From assembly GCA_012517205.1 (NCBI GenBank), contig JAAYVL010000122.1, forward strand, positions 10,729 through 74,728: 64,000 bases of DNA, written 5' to 3'. The notes beneath the pieces are model-generated. The model did no database searches. It was given only the letters and a program-made list of their open reading frames with translations, and was not told the origin of the DNA. The position numbers were made by a program, and so were the translations under genes. The DNA is from Verrucomicrobiota bacterium. GTDB lineage: Bacteria; Verrucomicrobiota; Verrucomicrobiia; Limisphaerales; UBA8199. How positions within the stretch are numbered: the stretch's first letter is position 1; each line of letters begins with the position of its first letter. Of this stretch, positions 1-9,231 are shown piece by piece.

Positions 1-590
1 ACATCGCCCCGAAAAAGAGCGACCAGCATTATTTCTGGATGGGGCAGGCGGCGACCGTGGTTGGCATTTTGGTCAGCATCGGGGCGGCGTATTTTGCCTC
101 GATGTACAATAATGCCATGGATATCATTCAGCTCGTGTTCGGCTTTGTGAACGCCCCGCTGTTTGCCACCTTCCTGTTGGGCATGTTTTGGGCGCGCTGT
201 ACGGGCACCGGCGCCTTCCTGGGCCTGTTTGGCGGCATCGGCGGTTCCGCCCTCTTTCATGCCTGCACCACGGCGGTCAGCAACCTGGATGCATCGGGCC
301 GCGTGGTCAACGGGATGAAAGGCGGCTACCTGGGCGTGGTCCAGAGCTTCCCGAGCGAAATGGCTCAAAACTTCTGGCTGGCTGGTTTTGCCTTTGTCGT
401 GTGTTTCACGCTCACGCTCGTTATCTCGCTGGTGACCCGCCGCACCAAGACCAACGAAGAGTTGAAGGGACTGGTCTATTCCCTCACGCCCAAGATCAAG
501 GACGAAGGCGCGCCCTGGTATTTGCGCCCGGCGGTAGTGGGCACCGCCCTGATCGTCGGTTGCGTCATTCTCAACATCATCTTCTGGTAA
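1..590 (+). CDS. Sodium:solute symporter (SSF) family transporter, C-terminal part; 5' end lies outside the window
   Basis: The frame is open from the window edge (nt 3: IAPKKSDQHYFWMGQAAT...) to the stop at 588-590. It has several hydrophobic helices with SSF-like C-terminal patterns (FVNAPLFATFLLGMFW, LGLFGGIGGSALF). It lies directly upstream of galM-galK, so a sugar symporter is plausible. Confidence 0.65.
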   Translation, partial: IAPKKSDQHYFWMGQAATVVGILVSIGAAYFASMYNNAMDIIQLVFGFVNAPLFATFLLGMFWARCTGTGAFLGLFGGIGGSALFHACTTAVSNLDASGRVVNGMKGGYLGVVQSFPSEMAQNFWLAGFAFVVCFTLTLVISLVTRRTKTNEELKGLVYSLTPKIKDEGAPWYLRPAVVGTALIVGCVILNIIFW

Positions 591-606
591 ACGAAAGGAA
601 CACGTT

Positions 607-831
607 ATGGGACTGGATATTCGCTGGCCGATTGGCCTCATGTTCTCGCTGGTCGGGCTGCTCCTGACCCTTTTCGGACTCTGCACCCGGGGCGATGCCG
701 AGATGTATCAGCGGTCGCTCGATATCAACATCAACCTGATCTGGGGCATCATCCTGCTCTTGTTCGGCGCTTTTATGATCATCATGGCCCTGCGCAAAAA
801 GCCCGATCCCGACGCCCTGAAGTCGAAGTAG
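607..831 (+). CDS. Small two-helix membrane protein (74 aa), unknown function
   Basis: The ORF starts 16 nt after the symporter stop. It has two hydrophobic helices (IGLMFSLVGLLLTLFGL; LIWGIILLLFGAFMIIMAL) and a basic tail. No family recognised. Confidence 0.45.
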   Translation: MGLDIRWPIGLMFSLVGLLLTLFGLCTRGDAEMYQRSLDININLIWGIILLLFGAFMIIMALRKKPDPDALKSK

Positions 832-986
832 CCATTCATGCTCGCCGCCCCGTACGCATTCCGGATGCCCCGGACGGAGCGTCGGCCTTCGGGGCTGCCC
901 TTCGAATCCCGTTTTCCGCAAACGGGCAGGAATGGCCGCGCGCTCCCCGGCCCGTGCGCGAGCCGCGGTCGCCCGGAGGAATGTGA

Positions 987-2036
987 ATGAAAGCGACGGT
1001 TGTCCGAACCGCCTTCGGCAAGCTCCCTTCCGGGCGCGCCGTGGACCTGTTTACGCTGACCAATACACGCGGCCTCGTCGCCAAAATCACGAACTACGGG
1101 ACCATTCTCACCGAATTGCACGTGCCCGACCGCCACGGTCGCCGGGCCGATGTCGTATGCGGGTTTGACCATCTCGAATCGTATCTCAAGGGCCATCCCT
1201 ACTTCGGCTGCACCGTCGGCCGCGTAGCCAACCGCATTGCCGGGGGCAAGTTTATGCTCGATGGTCGGGCCTATTCCCTGGCGGTCAACAATGGCCCGAA
1301 CGCGCTGCACGGAGGCCTTCAGGGGTTCGACAAGGTGCTGTGGAAAGCCACGCCGCTGCGCGGGGCCACGGTGCGTTTCGATTACACCAGCGCGGATGGC
1401 GAGGAGGGTTATCCCGGCCGGCTCGCGGTTCGCGTCATAATGAAGCTGACCGAGGACAACGAGTTTCTCATTGATTACACGGCCACCACCACCCGGCCTA
1501 CCCCGCTCAATCTCACCAACCATTCTTATTTCAACCTGGCCGGCCGGGGCGACATCAAGGCCCACCAGTTGATGATCGCCGCGGATTTCTATACGCCCAA
1601 AAGCCCGGCCGACGTGCCGACCGGCGAGATCCGTCCGGTCAAAGGAACGCCGCTTGATTTCACCCGGCTCACGGCCATCGGCGCGCGGTTTGCGCGCCTT
1701 GGCGGTCGGCCGCAAGGCTACGACCACAACTTCGTACTGCGGGGCGACCCCGCCAACTCAGGCCAGCCCGCCTTTGGCGCCCGCGTGGTTGAGCCCCGTT
1801 CCGGCCGCGTAATGGAGGTGTTCACCACCGAACCGGGCTTGCAGCTTTACACGGCGAACTGGCTGGACGGTTCGCTCATTGGAAAGGGCGGCTTTTCTTA
1901 CTCGCGGCACTGCGGGCTTTGCCTCGAAGCCCAGCATTTCCCCAATGCGATCAACATCCCCCATTTCCCCAGCACCGTTTTGCGCCCCGGACAGACCTAT
2001 CACCAGCTCACTCTCCACCGTTTTTCGACTGCTTAA
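987..2036 (+). CDS. galM: Aldose 1-epimerase (galactose mutarotase)
   Basis: The 349-aa ORF has mutarotase-typical segments (GCTVGRVANRIAGGKF, NALHGGLQGFDKVLW, NLTNHSYFNL, EAQHFPN). It is adjacent to galK. Confidence 0.85.
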   Translation: MKATVVRTAFGKLPSGRAVDLFTLTNTRGLVAKITNYGTILTELHVPDRHGRRADVVCGFDHLESYLKGHPYFGCTVGRVANRIAGGKFMLDGRAYSLAVNNGPNALHGGLQGFDKVLWKATPLRGATVRFDYTSADGEEGYPGRLAVRVIMKLTEDNEFLIDYTATTTRPTPLNLTNHSYFNLAGRGDIKAHQLMIAADFYTPKSPADVPTGEIRPVKGTPLDFTRLTAIGARFARLGGRPQGYDHNFVLRGDPANSGQPAFGARVVEPRSGRVMEVFTTEPGLQLYTANWLDGSLIGKGGFSYSRHCGLCLEAQHFPNAINIPHFPSTVLRPGQTYHQLTLHRFSTA

Positions 2037-2063
2037 CGCGCTTGCGCGCCATCGTTCATCCCT

Positions 2064-3233
2064 ATGACCCTTAACGAACTTGCCCGGCAAATCGCCCTGG
2101 ACTTCAAACAAACCTGCAACCGCGAGCCACAATGGATCGTCGCCGCCCCCGGGCGCGTGAATGTCATCGGCGAACACACCGACTACAACGACGGCTTTGT
2201 CCTTCCGATGGCCATTGACCGCTACACGCTCATCGCGGCGGCGCCGAACGGCACAACCCAAATCACGCTCCGTAGCTCCGCCGGCCAGGGCCAGGCGCGT
2301 GTGGATCTGACCTCGCCGCTCCAGCCGGGCACGAAAGGCGATTGGGCCAACTATCCCCTCGGCGTCATCGCCGGTTTTCTCGCGCGGGGCCTTCGTCCGC
2401 CCGGTTTTGACGCTTTGATCCACTCCACCGTGCCGTTGGGCGGCGGGCTTTCCAGCAGCGCGGCCCTGGAAGTGGCCACCGCCACGCTGCTCGAAGTGAT
2501 CACCGGGCAGAAGCTGGACCCGGTGGAAAAAGCCCTGCTTTGCCAGAAGGCGGAACATGATTACGCCGGGGTGCCCTGCGGCATCATGGACCAGTTCATT
2601 TCAGTCATGGGCAAGGAAAATCACTTGCTGCTGCTGGATTGCCGTTCCCGCCGGCCGGAGCTGGTGCCCATGAGCGATTCCTCCGTTGCCCTCCTCATCG
2701 TCAACACGAACGTCAAGCATGAACTGACGGGCGGCGGCTACGCTCAACGCCGCGCCCAGTGCGAGCAAGCCGCCCAAATTCTGGGCGTGCCTTCCCTGCG
2801 TGACGCCTCCGAAGACCTGCTCCAGGCGGCGCGCAGCCGGATGGATGACGTCGTTTTCCGCCGCGCTCGCCATGTCATTGGCGAAATCCAGCGGACCGTC
2901 CAGGCCGCTGCGGAGGTGCGCGCGTCGAACTGGCCGGTGGTGGGGCAACTGATGTACGCCAGCCATGCGTCCCTGCGCGATGACTACGAAGTGAGTTGCG
3001 CCGAATTGGATGTGGTGGTGGACATTGGGCGGGCGATTGGCCCCGCAGGCGGGGTCATGGGCTGCCGGATGACCGGCGGCGGCTTTGGCGGCTGCGCGGT
3101 GGCGCTTGTCCGCGCCGATCAAATGGCGGCGATCTCCCAGCGGCTCGCCGCCGAGTACGAGCAGCGTACAAACATCAAGCCCACCCTCTTTGTCTCACGC
3201 CCCGCCGCTGGGGCAATGGTTTTGAAGCCCTGA
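2064..3233 (+). CDS. galK: Galactokinase
   Basis: Galactokinase signature GRVNVIGEHTDYNDGFVLPMAI, GHMP-kinase motif PLGGGLSSSAALEVA, and C-terminal GCRMTGGGFGGCAVALV. Confidence 0.9.
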   Translation: MTLNELARQIALDFKQTCNREPQWIVAAPGRVNVIGEHTDYNDGFVLPMAIDRYTLIAAAPNGTTQITLRSSAGQGQARVDLTSPLQPGTKGDWANYPLGVIAGFLARGLRPPGFDALIHSTVPLGGGLSSSAALEVATATLLEVITGQKLDPVEKALLCQKAEHDYAGVPCGIMDQFISVMGKENHLLLLDCRSRRPELVPMSDSSVALLIVNTNVKHELTGGGYAQRRAQCEQAAQILGVPSLRDASEDLLQAARSRMDDVVFRRARHVIGEIQRTVQAAAEVRASNWPVVGQLMYASHASLRDDYEVSCAELDVVVDIGRAIGPAGGVMGCRMTGGGFGGCAVALVRADQMAAISQRLAAEYEQRTNIKPTLFVSRPAAGAMVLKP

Positions 3234-4355
3234 TCCGGGCGCAGCGCCGGTCCAGCCCAGCCCGCGCGCGACTTCCACCGCGTCAGTCAGGCCGGCTTGC
3301 ACGAGGGCCTGGGCGCTCTCCGCCAGCGCCGGATGCGCAACCAGGCCGTCCAGATCCCGGGTAGCAATGCGGCGGCGCAGGGCCGGGGTGAGGCGCAACC
3401 ACTCGACCAGCGGCAGCCGCCCCCGGTAGCCGGTGTCCAGACAGGCGGGACAGCCTTTGCCCGCGCACCGTTCGCAGCGGCGGCGCAGCAGGCGCTGGTT
3501 GAGCACGAGCTCAAGCGACGAGGCCACGGCTGAGCGGTCCGGGCAGAGCACCAGCAAACGCTCGAATACCCCCGGGCAGGAGCCGGCATGCAGCGTCGAA
3601 ATGACGAGGTGGCCGGTCAATGCGGCGCGTACGACTAGGTTGGCCGTTTCTTCATCCCGAATCTCGCCAATCACCAGCACCTGCGGGTCCTGGCGCAGCA
3701 GATGCCTCGCCGCCCGGGCAAAGTCCAATCCCCGCGCTTCGTTCACCTCAGTTTGCATAATGCCCGGGATGACCTGCTCGGCGGGGTCTTCCACGGTGAT
3801 CACGTGCCGCCCGCCTTGCTCAGCGAGGTGCCGGAGGCAGGCGTAAATCGTCGTCGTTTTGCCGCTGCCGGCGGGGCCGGTCAGCAACAGCAGGCCGGCG
3901 GTTTGACGCAGAAACCCATCCAACTCCGCGAGCGCCGGGGCCGGAAAGCCCAGTTCTTCGAGCCGGCGCGCCCCCGGGGCGTCAAACAAGCGCAGCACGA
4001 TCTTTTCCCCGCTGACCGTGGGATAAGTCGCGACCCGGATATCGGCGCGGGCGTTGAGGTCAGCCCGGTCAATCCGGCCATCCTGGGGGAGGGATTCCTG
4101 ATAAGTCTTGAGCCGGGCCAGGAACTTGACGCGGCCAAAGACACGCTCAGCAATGGCCGCGGGCAGCCGGTCGGTGGGCGTCATTACACCGTCCAGGCGG
4201 AAGGTGACCGCGGCGCCGTCCGATAGCATTTGCAGATGGATGTCGCTGGCGCCGGCCTGTTCGGCTTGCGCGACCAAATGTTCCAAAATCCGGGGGGCCG
4301 ATTCAGCGGTGCTCGCGGGATTTTCAGCCGGCGTCATGCGATCTTTGGCATTCAT
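3195..4355 (-). CDS. GspE/PilB-family secretion ATPase (type II/IV secretion NTPase core)
   Basis: Walker A LLLTGPAGSGKTTT, Asp-box/Walker B region VLVIGEIRDEETA, His box STLHAGS, and a C-terminal tetracysteine CERCAGKGCPAC. It is short, with no long N-terminal domains. Its 3' end overlaps the convergent galK by 39 nt. Confidence 0.8.
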   Translation of the reverse strand: MNAKDRMTPAENPASTAESAPRILEHLVAQAEQAGASDIHLQMLSDGAAVTFRLDGVMTPTDRLPAAIAERVFGRVKFLARLKTYQESLPQDGRIDRADLNARADIRVATYPTVSGEKIVLRLFDAPGARRLEELGFPAPALAELDGFLRQTAGLLLLTGPAGSGKTTTIYACLRHLAEQGGRHVITVEDPAEQVIPGIMQTEVNEARGLDFARAARHLLRQDPQVLVIGEIRDEETANLVVRAALTGHLVISTLHAGSCPGVFERLLVLCPDRSAVASSLELVLNQRLLRRRCERCAGKGCPACLDTGYRGRLPLVEWLRLTPALRRRIATRDLDGLVAHPALAESAQALVQAGLTDAVEVARGLGWTGAAPGSGLQNHCPSGGA

Positions 4356-4363
4356 TCCGGTGG

Positions 4364-5125
4364 TTATGTTTCCGGGGCCGGGACCGGGGCGTTCGTTCCT
4401 GCGGCGGAAGCCGGCGGCGCGGCGATATCGGCACCGGCCATTTCCTCGGAGAGAATGGTGATGGCGATGCGGCGATTGAGGGCGCGGCCCTCGGGCGTCG
4501 AGTTGTCGGCGACGGGGCGAAACTCGCCGTAGCCCACCGCACCAAGGCGGCGGGGATCCACGCCTGCCGTCTCTGTCAGGAAGCGCACCGCCGCCGTGGC
4601 GCGGGCGGTCGAGAGCTCCCAGTTGCTCGGGAACCGGCTGCGAGCCGAGGCGCGAATCGGAACGTTATCAGTATGGCCGATGACGTGGATTTTCAGGTTC
4701 GGATGAGCGGCAAGGATGCCGGCAACCTTGCGCAGCACCGCCGACCCGGCGGACTTCAAATCGGCCTCGCCGGAATCGAACATAACCCGATCCAGGATGT
4801 TGACGGTCAGCTTGCCTTGCAACTGGGAGATGGTCACATCCTTGGATTCAAGCGCCGCCCGCATTTCATCTTCGAGGGTCTGATGCGTATGAAGGACCGT
4901 TTGCTTTTCGGCCTGCAACTCGCCGATGCGCGCCTGGCTTTGGGCCAGTTGGTCCTTCAGCCCTTCAGCGACCGCCCGCAGCCGGGCCGCGTCGGCACGG
5001 GCGGCGGCCATTTCGGCGCGGACCTTTTCCACCTCGCGCTTCTTTTCCCAGGAAGCCAACCCCAACAACCCCAGCAGCAGGGCCACGGTCAGTCCGGCGG
5101 CAATCATCCAGGTTTCTTTGGGCAT
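4364..5125 (-). CDS. OmpA/MotB-domain protein with N-terminal membrane anchor and coiled coil
   Basis: An N-terminal helix (MIAAGLTVALLLGLLGLA) is followed by a heptad-like charged region. The C-terminal OmpA_C-like domain carries FDSGEADL, HVIGHTDNVPI, NWELSTARATAAVRFL and NRRIAI. Confidence 0.8.
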   Translation of the reverse strand: MPKETWMIAAGLTVALLLGLLGLASWEKKREVEKVRAEMAAARADAARLRAVAEGLKDQLAQSQARIGELQAEKQTVLHTHQTLEDEMRAALESKDVTISQLQGKLTVNILDRVMFDSGEADLKSAGSAVLRKVAGILAAHPNLKIHVIGHTDNVPIRASARSRFPSNWELSTARATAAVRFLTETAGVDPRRLGAVGYGEFRPVADNSTPEGRALNRRIAITILSEEMAGADIAAPPASAAGTNAPVPAPET

Positions 5126-5601
5126 AGACGATCAGCTTTTTGAAGATAGTAGCCCGATTCCGTTAAACCGAAAAGCGCTTTCCCGCATGCGAAAGCTCCT
5201 CCGGCAGCCTCCCGGACAGCCGGGAGTTTGAGCGGTTTCGGGTTTGGAAATAAAACCGATTAAACCGCCTTGGGTGGAAAAAGCGGACTTGAAACGTTCA
5301 CCGGGGCGCACGGGACTGGGCCGGAGGTGCGGTTTGGAGGAACAGGTCGCAAATTCGGTTCATTGGCGGCGTTCACGGACGGCGTGAGGTGAAATTCCAG
5401 CGTTCGACTGGTTGAACCCGGCACAGTTTTTTCCAAAGGAGGTTTTTCTTTGAACGATCGGGCGGAAAAGTTATCTAACGTCCCGAGAAGGCCTGGCTGC
5501 TCGCAAACGGACGGGCCAGCCTGGCGGAGAAACCACTTTACATTGAAGGTGGAATTGGTTATCTGCACAGGTCGTTTTGCCAAAAGTTTAGGAAAAGCAC
5601 T

Positions 5602-6555
5602 ATGATTAAGGTTCAAAATCTAGCGAAGCTATTTGGGACCAAACGGGCGGTGGATGACGTCTCGTTCTCGGTGAACCGGGGCGAGGTGCTGGGGTTTCTC
5701 GGACCCAATGGAGCCGGCAAATCCACGACCATGCGCGTCATTACCGGTTTTTTGCCGCCGTCCGCCGGCTCGGTGACGGTGGGGGGCTTCGATGTCGTCG
5801 AACACGCAATTCAGGCCCGGCGGTTGATCGGTTACCTGCCGGAAAACGCGCCAGCTTACACGGACATGACGGTGCTGGGATTTCTTAATTTCGCGGCGGA
5901 GATTCGCGGCTTGCGCGGGGAGGCGCGGAAGCAGGCGGTCGGCCGCGCCGTCGAGATGTGCTTCCTGGAATCGGTGCTGCACCAGAGCGTTGAGACGCTT
6001 TCCAAGGGCTACCGTCATCGCACCTGCTTTGCGCAATCCATAATTCACGACCCGGATGTGCTGGTGCTGGACGAGCCGACTGACGGCCTGGATCCCAACC
6101 AGAAGCATGAGGTGCGGCAGTTGATTCGGCGGATGGGGGAGAAGAAGGCCATCATTTTCTCGACGCATATTCTGGAGGAGGTGGACGCCGCCTGCACGCG
6201 GGCGATCATTATTGACCGGGGCAAGATCGTTGCCAATGGCACGCCGCAAGAGTTGCGGCAGAAGTCCGAATGGGCCGGGGCGGTGACCCTGCGGGTCCGG
6301 AACGTCGCCGCCGGCACGGTCAGCACGCGGCTTTATCAGGTGCCGCAAGTCAAGCGGGTGACGGTGGTGGAAGACAAGGATGGCCATGTGACGGTCCGGG
6401 CTTTCCCCCGGAGCGGCGCCAACGGCGCGCTGGTGGCGGCCGTCGGCGAGGCGGCGCGCGAATGGCAAATCGAGCAATTGCAGGCCGAAGAAGGCCGGCT
6501 GGATGAGGTTTTTCGGAGCATTACCATGCCCGACACGGCAAAGGAGGCAGCATAA
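5602..6555 (+). CDS. ABC transporter ATP-binding protein (GldA-like)
   Basis: Walker A GPNGAGKSTT, signature LSKGYRHR, Walker B VLVLDEPTDGLD. It is followed by an ABC-2 permease and a GldG-like gene. Confidence 0.85.
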   Translation: MIKVQNLAKLFGTKRAVDDVSFSVNRGEVLGFLGPNGAGKSTTMRVITGFLPPSAGSVTVGGFDVVEHAIQARRLIGYLPENAPAYTDMTVLGFLNFAAEIRGLRGEARKQAVGRAVEMCFLESVLHQSVETLSKGYRHRTCFAQSIIHDPDVLVLDEPTDGLDPNQKHEVRQLIRRMGEKKAIIFSTHILEEVDAACTRAIIIDRGKIVANGTPQELRQKSEWAGAVTLRVRNVAAGTVSTRLYQVPQVKRVTVVEDKDGHVTVRAFPRSGANGALVAAVGEAAREWQIEQLQAEEGRLDEVFRSITMPDTAKEAA

Positions 6556-7298
6556 TGAACGCCTGGCATAATGTTTGGACCATTACGAAGCGAGAATTGG
6601 GCGCTTATTTCACGGCGCCGCTGGCTTATGTGTTTATCGTGATCTTCCTGCTGCTGTGCGGTTTTTTCACCTTCTTTGTGGGCGGCTTCTTCGAGCGGCA
6701 GGAGGCGTCCCTGGTACGGCCCTTCTTTGACTGGCATCCGTGGTTCTACTTGTTTTTGGTGCCGGCGGTGGGGATGCGGTTGTGGGCTGAAGAGCGGCGC
6801 GTGGGCACAATCGAACTGCTGCTGACCATGCCCATCACCGCGTGGCAGGCCATTGTGGGCAAGTTCCTGGCCTCGTGGCTGTTCCTGGCGCTGGCCCTGG
6901 CGCTGACTTTCCCCGTGGTGCTCACGGTTAACTACCTGGGCGATCCCGACAACGGGGTGATCCTGACGGCCTACATCGGAAGCTGGCTCATGGCCGGTGC
7001 TTACCTGGCGATTAGTTGCATCACCTCGGCACTGACGCGCAGCCAGGTGGTCAGTTTCATCATTTCGCTGGTGGTCTGCCTGTTCCTGATCCTGGCTGGT
7101 TTTCCGCCGGTGATCAACGTGCTGGAGCAGGTGGCGCCCCGCCTGGTGGATTTGGTGACGTCGTTCAGCGTGATGACCCACTTTGAAGGATTCCAAAAGG
7201 GAGTGCTCGATTCCCGCGACCTGCTTTTCTTTCTGTCGGTCATCGGGTTCTCGCTCTTTACGACCAGTGTGATCCTGCGCACCCATCGCGCCGGTTGA
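6555..7298 (+). CDS. ABC-2 type transporter permease (GldF-like)
   Basis: TAATG stop/start overlap with the ATPase gene and AAGGAGG 8 nt upstream. The product is a six-helix hydrophobic protein typical of ABC-2 permeases. Confidence 0.8.
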   Translation: MNAWHNVWTITKRELGAYFTAPLAYVFIVIFLLLCGFFTFFVGGFFERQEASLVRPFFDWHPWFYLFLVPAVGMRLWAEERRVGTIELLLTMPITAWQAIVGKFLASWLFLALALALTFPVVLTVNYLGDPDNGVILTAYIGSWLMAGAYLAISCITSALTRSQVVSFIISLVVCLFLILAGFPPVINVLEQVAPRLVDLVTSFSVMTHFEGFQKGVLDSRDLLFFLSVIGFSLFTTSVILRTHRAG

Positions 7299-7311
7299 AT
7301 CGGAGGCTTAG

Positions 7312-9231
7312 ATGCAAAAGAAATCATTTCAGACAATTCTCTACTCGACGGTCGGCGTCCTGGTGATGCTGGTCATATTGGTGGCGTTCAACTTCATCGC
7401 CGGTGCGCTGCGCATGCGGCTGGACCTGACGCAGGAGAAGGCCTACACCCTTTCGGACGGAACCCGGGCCATCCTCAAGAAGCTGGATACGCCGGTGACG
7501 ATCCGCTTTTACTGCACCCAGAGCGAAAGCGCGACGCCGGAGACGGTTTTTCTCAAGAGCTTTGCGCGCAAGGTCGAAGACCTGCTGACCGAATACCGCC
7601 AGGTGGCCGGTGGCAAGATCAAGATCGAGAAATATGACCCGCAACCGGATTCGGATGCGGAAGATTCCGCGCGGCTGGATGGGATCGAGCCGCAGGCGCT
7701 GGCCGGCGTTGACCGGTTTTACCTGGGCCTGGCGGTAAAGTGCCTGGACGAGGTGCAATCCATTCCGTTCCTGGCGCCCAACCGCGAGCGGTTGTTGGAA
7801 TACGATTTGGCCCGCATCATCGTGCGCGCCACCAACCCGGAGAAGCCCGTGATCGGCGTCATGAGCCCGCTGCCGGTGTTCGGCATGCCGTCCAACCCGA
7901 TGATGCAGCAGATGGGCCAGCAGGGCAGCCAGCCCTGGACCATCATCAGCGAGTTGAAGAATGACTTCTCCGTCCGGCGCATCGGCATGGATGCGGACAA
8001 GATTGACGACGACGTCAAACTGCTGGTGGTTATTGCTCCGAAAGACATCACCGACAAGGCCCAGTACGCCATTGACCAGTTCATCATGCGGGGCGGCAAA
8101 CTGCTGGCTTTTCTCGATGCGCAGTGCCTGGCGGATAGCCGGCAGCAGAATCAGATGATGATGAATATGGGCGGCGGCGGCTCGTCGCTGGACAAACTGC
8201 TCAAGGCCTGGGGCCTCCAGTTCGATTCGTCCAAAGCGGTGGCGGATTTGAAATACAAGATGCAACTGCGCGGGCGCAACGGCGAACCACAGGAGGCGCC
8301 GGCCTGGCTCGGTCTGACGGCGGATGCCATAGACCGGGATGACGTGGCCACCAGCCAGATTGACAACGTCTGGCTGCCGTTGTGCGGCGCGTTCACGGGC
8401 ACCCCGCAGGACGGCCTGAAGCAAACCGTCCTGCTGCACAGTTCGAAAGACTCGCAACTGGTGGACGCGATGCTGGCCAACCTCTCCGGCGAGAGCACGA
8501 TGAAGGAGTTCAAGCCCTCCGGCGTGAATTACAACCTGGCGATTCGCCTGACGGGCAAGTTCAAGACCGCCTTCCCCGACGGCGCGCCGCAGGACGCAAA
8601 GAGCGAAGATGAAAAGAAAGACGAAGCCAAACCGGACGAGTCAAAGGCGGGCGATTCCCTCAAGGAAACCCGGAGCGATAACACCGTGGTGCTGTTTGGC
8701 GATGCCGACCTGCTTTTCGACCCCTTCACGATTCGGCGGATTGACAGCCCCTTCGGCGCCTTGCAGATGCCGATGAACGCCAACCTCAACCTGGCCCAGA
8801 ACATTATCGAGCAGATGACCGGCGACAACAATCTCATTGCCGTGCGCAGCCGGGCCACCTTAAGCCGCCCGTTCACCCGGGTGAAAGAGATCGAGGCCGC
8901 CGCCAACAAGAAATTCCAGAGCGAGATCAAGCGCCTGGAGGACAGCGCCGCCGAAGCGCAGCGCAAAGTCAATGAATTGCAGGCGCAGAAACAGGACAAA
9001 GACCAGCGCTTCATCCTGTCTCCGGAGCAGCGCCACGAACTGGAGAAATTGCGCAAGGAGGAAGTGGATACGCGTAAACGCCTCAAGCAAGTGCAGAAGG
9101 ATTTGCGCAAGGAAGTAGTATCGCTGCAGACGCGTCTCAAATGGATCAATATTCTGGCAGTACCGCTGGCGGTGACCGCCACCGGGGTGGTTATTGCCAT
9201 GGTAAATCGCAGGAAGACTTCGGCAAAATGA
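7312..9231 (+). CDS. GldG-like ABC-transporter auxiliary component (Gldg family), with C-terminal coiled coil and membrane anchor
   Basis: An N-terminal helix is followed by a large soluble region and a charged coiled coil (KRLEDSAAEAQRKVNELQAQKQ...). A terminal helix (WINILAVPLAVTATGVVIAMV) closes the protein. The position after the GldA/GldF-like genes matches the known module. Confidence 0.7.
   Translation: MQKKSFQTILYSTVGVLVMLVILVAFNFIAGALRMRLDLTQEKAYTLSDGTRAILKKLDTPVTIRFYCTQSESATPETVFLKSFARKVEDLLTEYRQVAGGKIKIEKYDPQPDSDAEDSARLDGIEPQALAGVDRFYLGLAVKCLDEVQSIPFLAPNRERLLEYDLARIIVRATNPEKPVIGVMSPLPVFGMPSNPMMQQMGQQGSQPWTIISELKNDFSVRRIGMDADKIDDDVKLLVVIAPKDITDKAQYAIDQFIMRGGKLLAFLDAQCLADSRQQNQMMMNMGGGGSSLDKLLKAWGLQFDSSKAVADLKYKMQLRGRNGEPQEAPAWLGLTADAIDRDDVATSQIDNVWLPLCGAFTGTPQDGLKQTVLLHSSKDSQLVDAMLANLSGESTMKEFKPSGVNYNLAIRLTGKFKTAFPDGAPQDAKSEDEKKDEAKPDESKAGDSLKETRSDNTVVLFGDADLLFDPFTIRRIDSPFGALQMPMNANLNLAQNIIEQMTGDNNLIAVRSRATLSRPFTRVKEIEAAANKKFQSEIKRLEDSAAEAQRKVNELQAQKQDKDQRFILSPEQRHELEKLRKEEVDTRKRLKQVQKDLRKEVVSLQTRLKWINILAVPLAVTATGVVIAMVNRRKTSAK

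Noticed and set aside
5260-5616. 118-aa minus-strand ORF in the divergent intergenic region
   Set aside because: It has no recognisable motifs and atypical composition. It also overlaps the start of the ABC ATPase gene. It is most likely non-coding.
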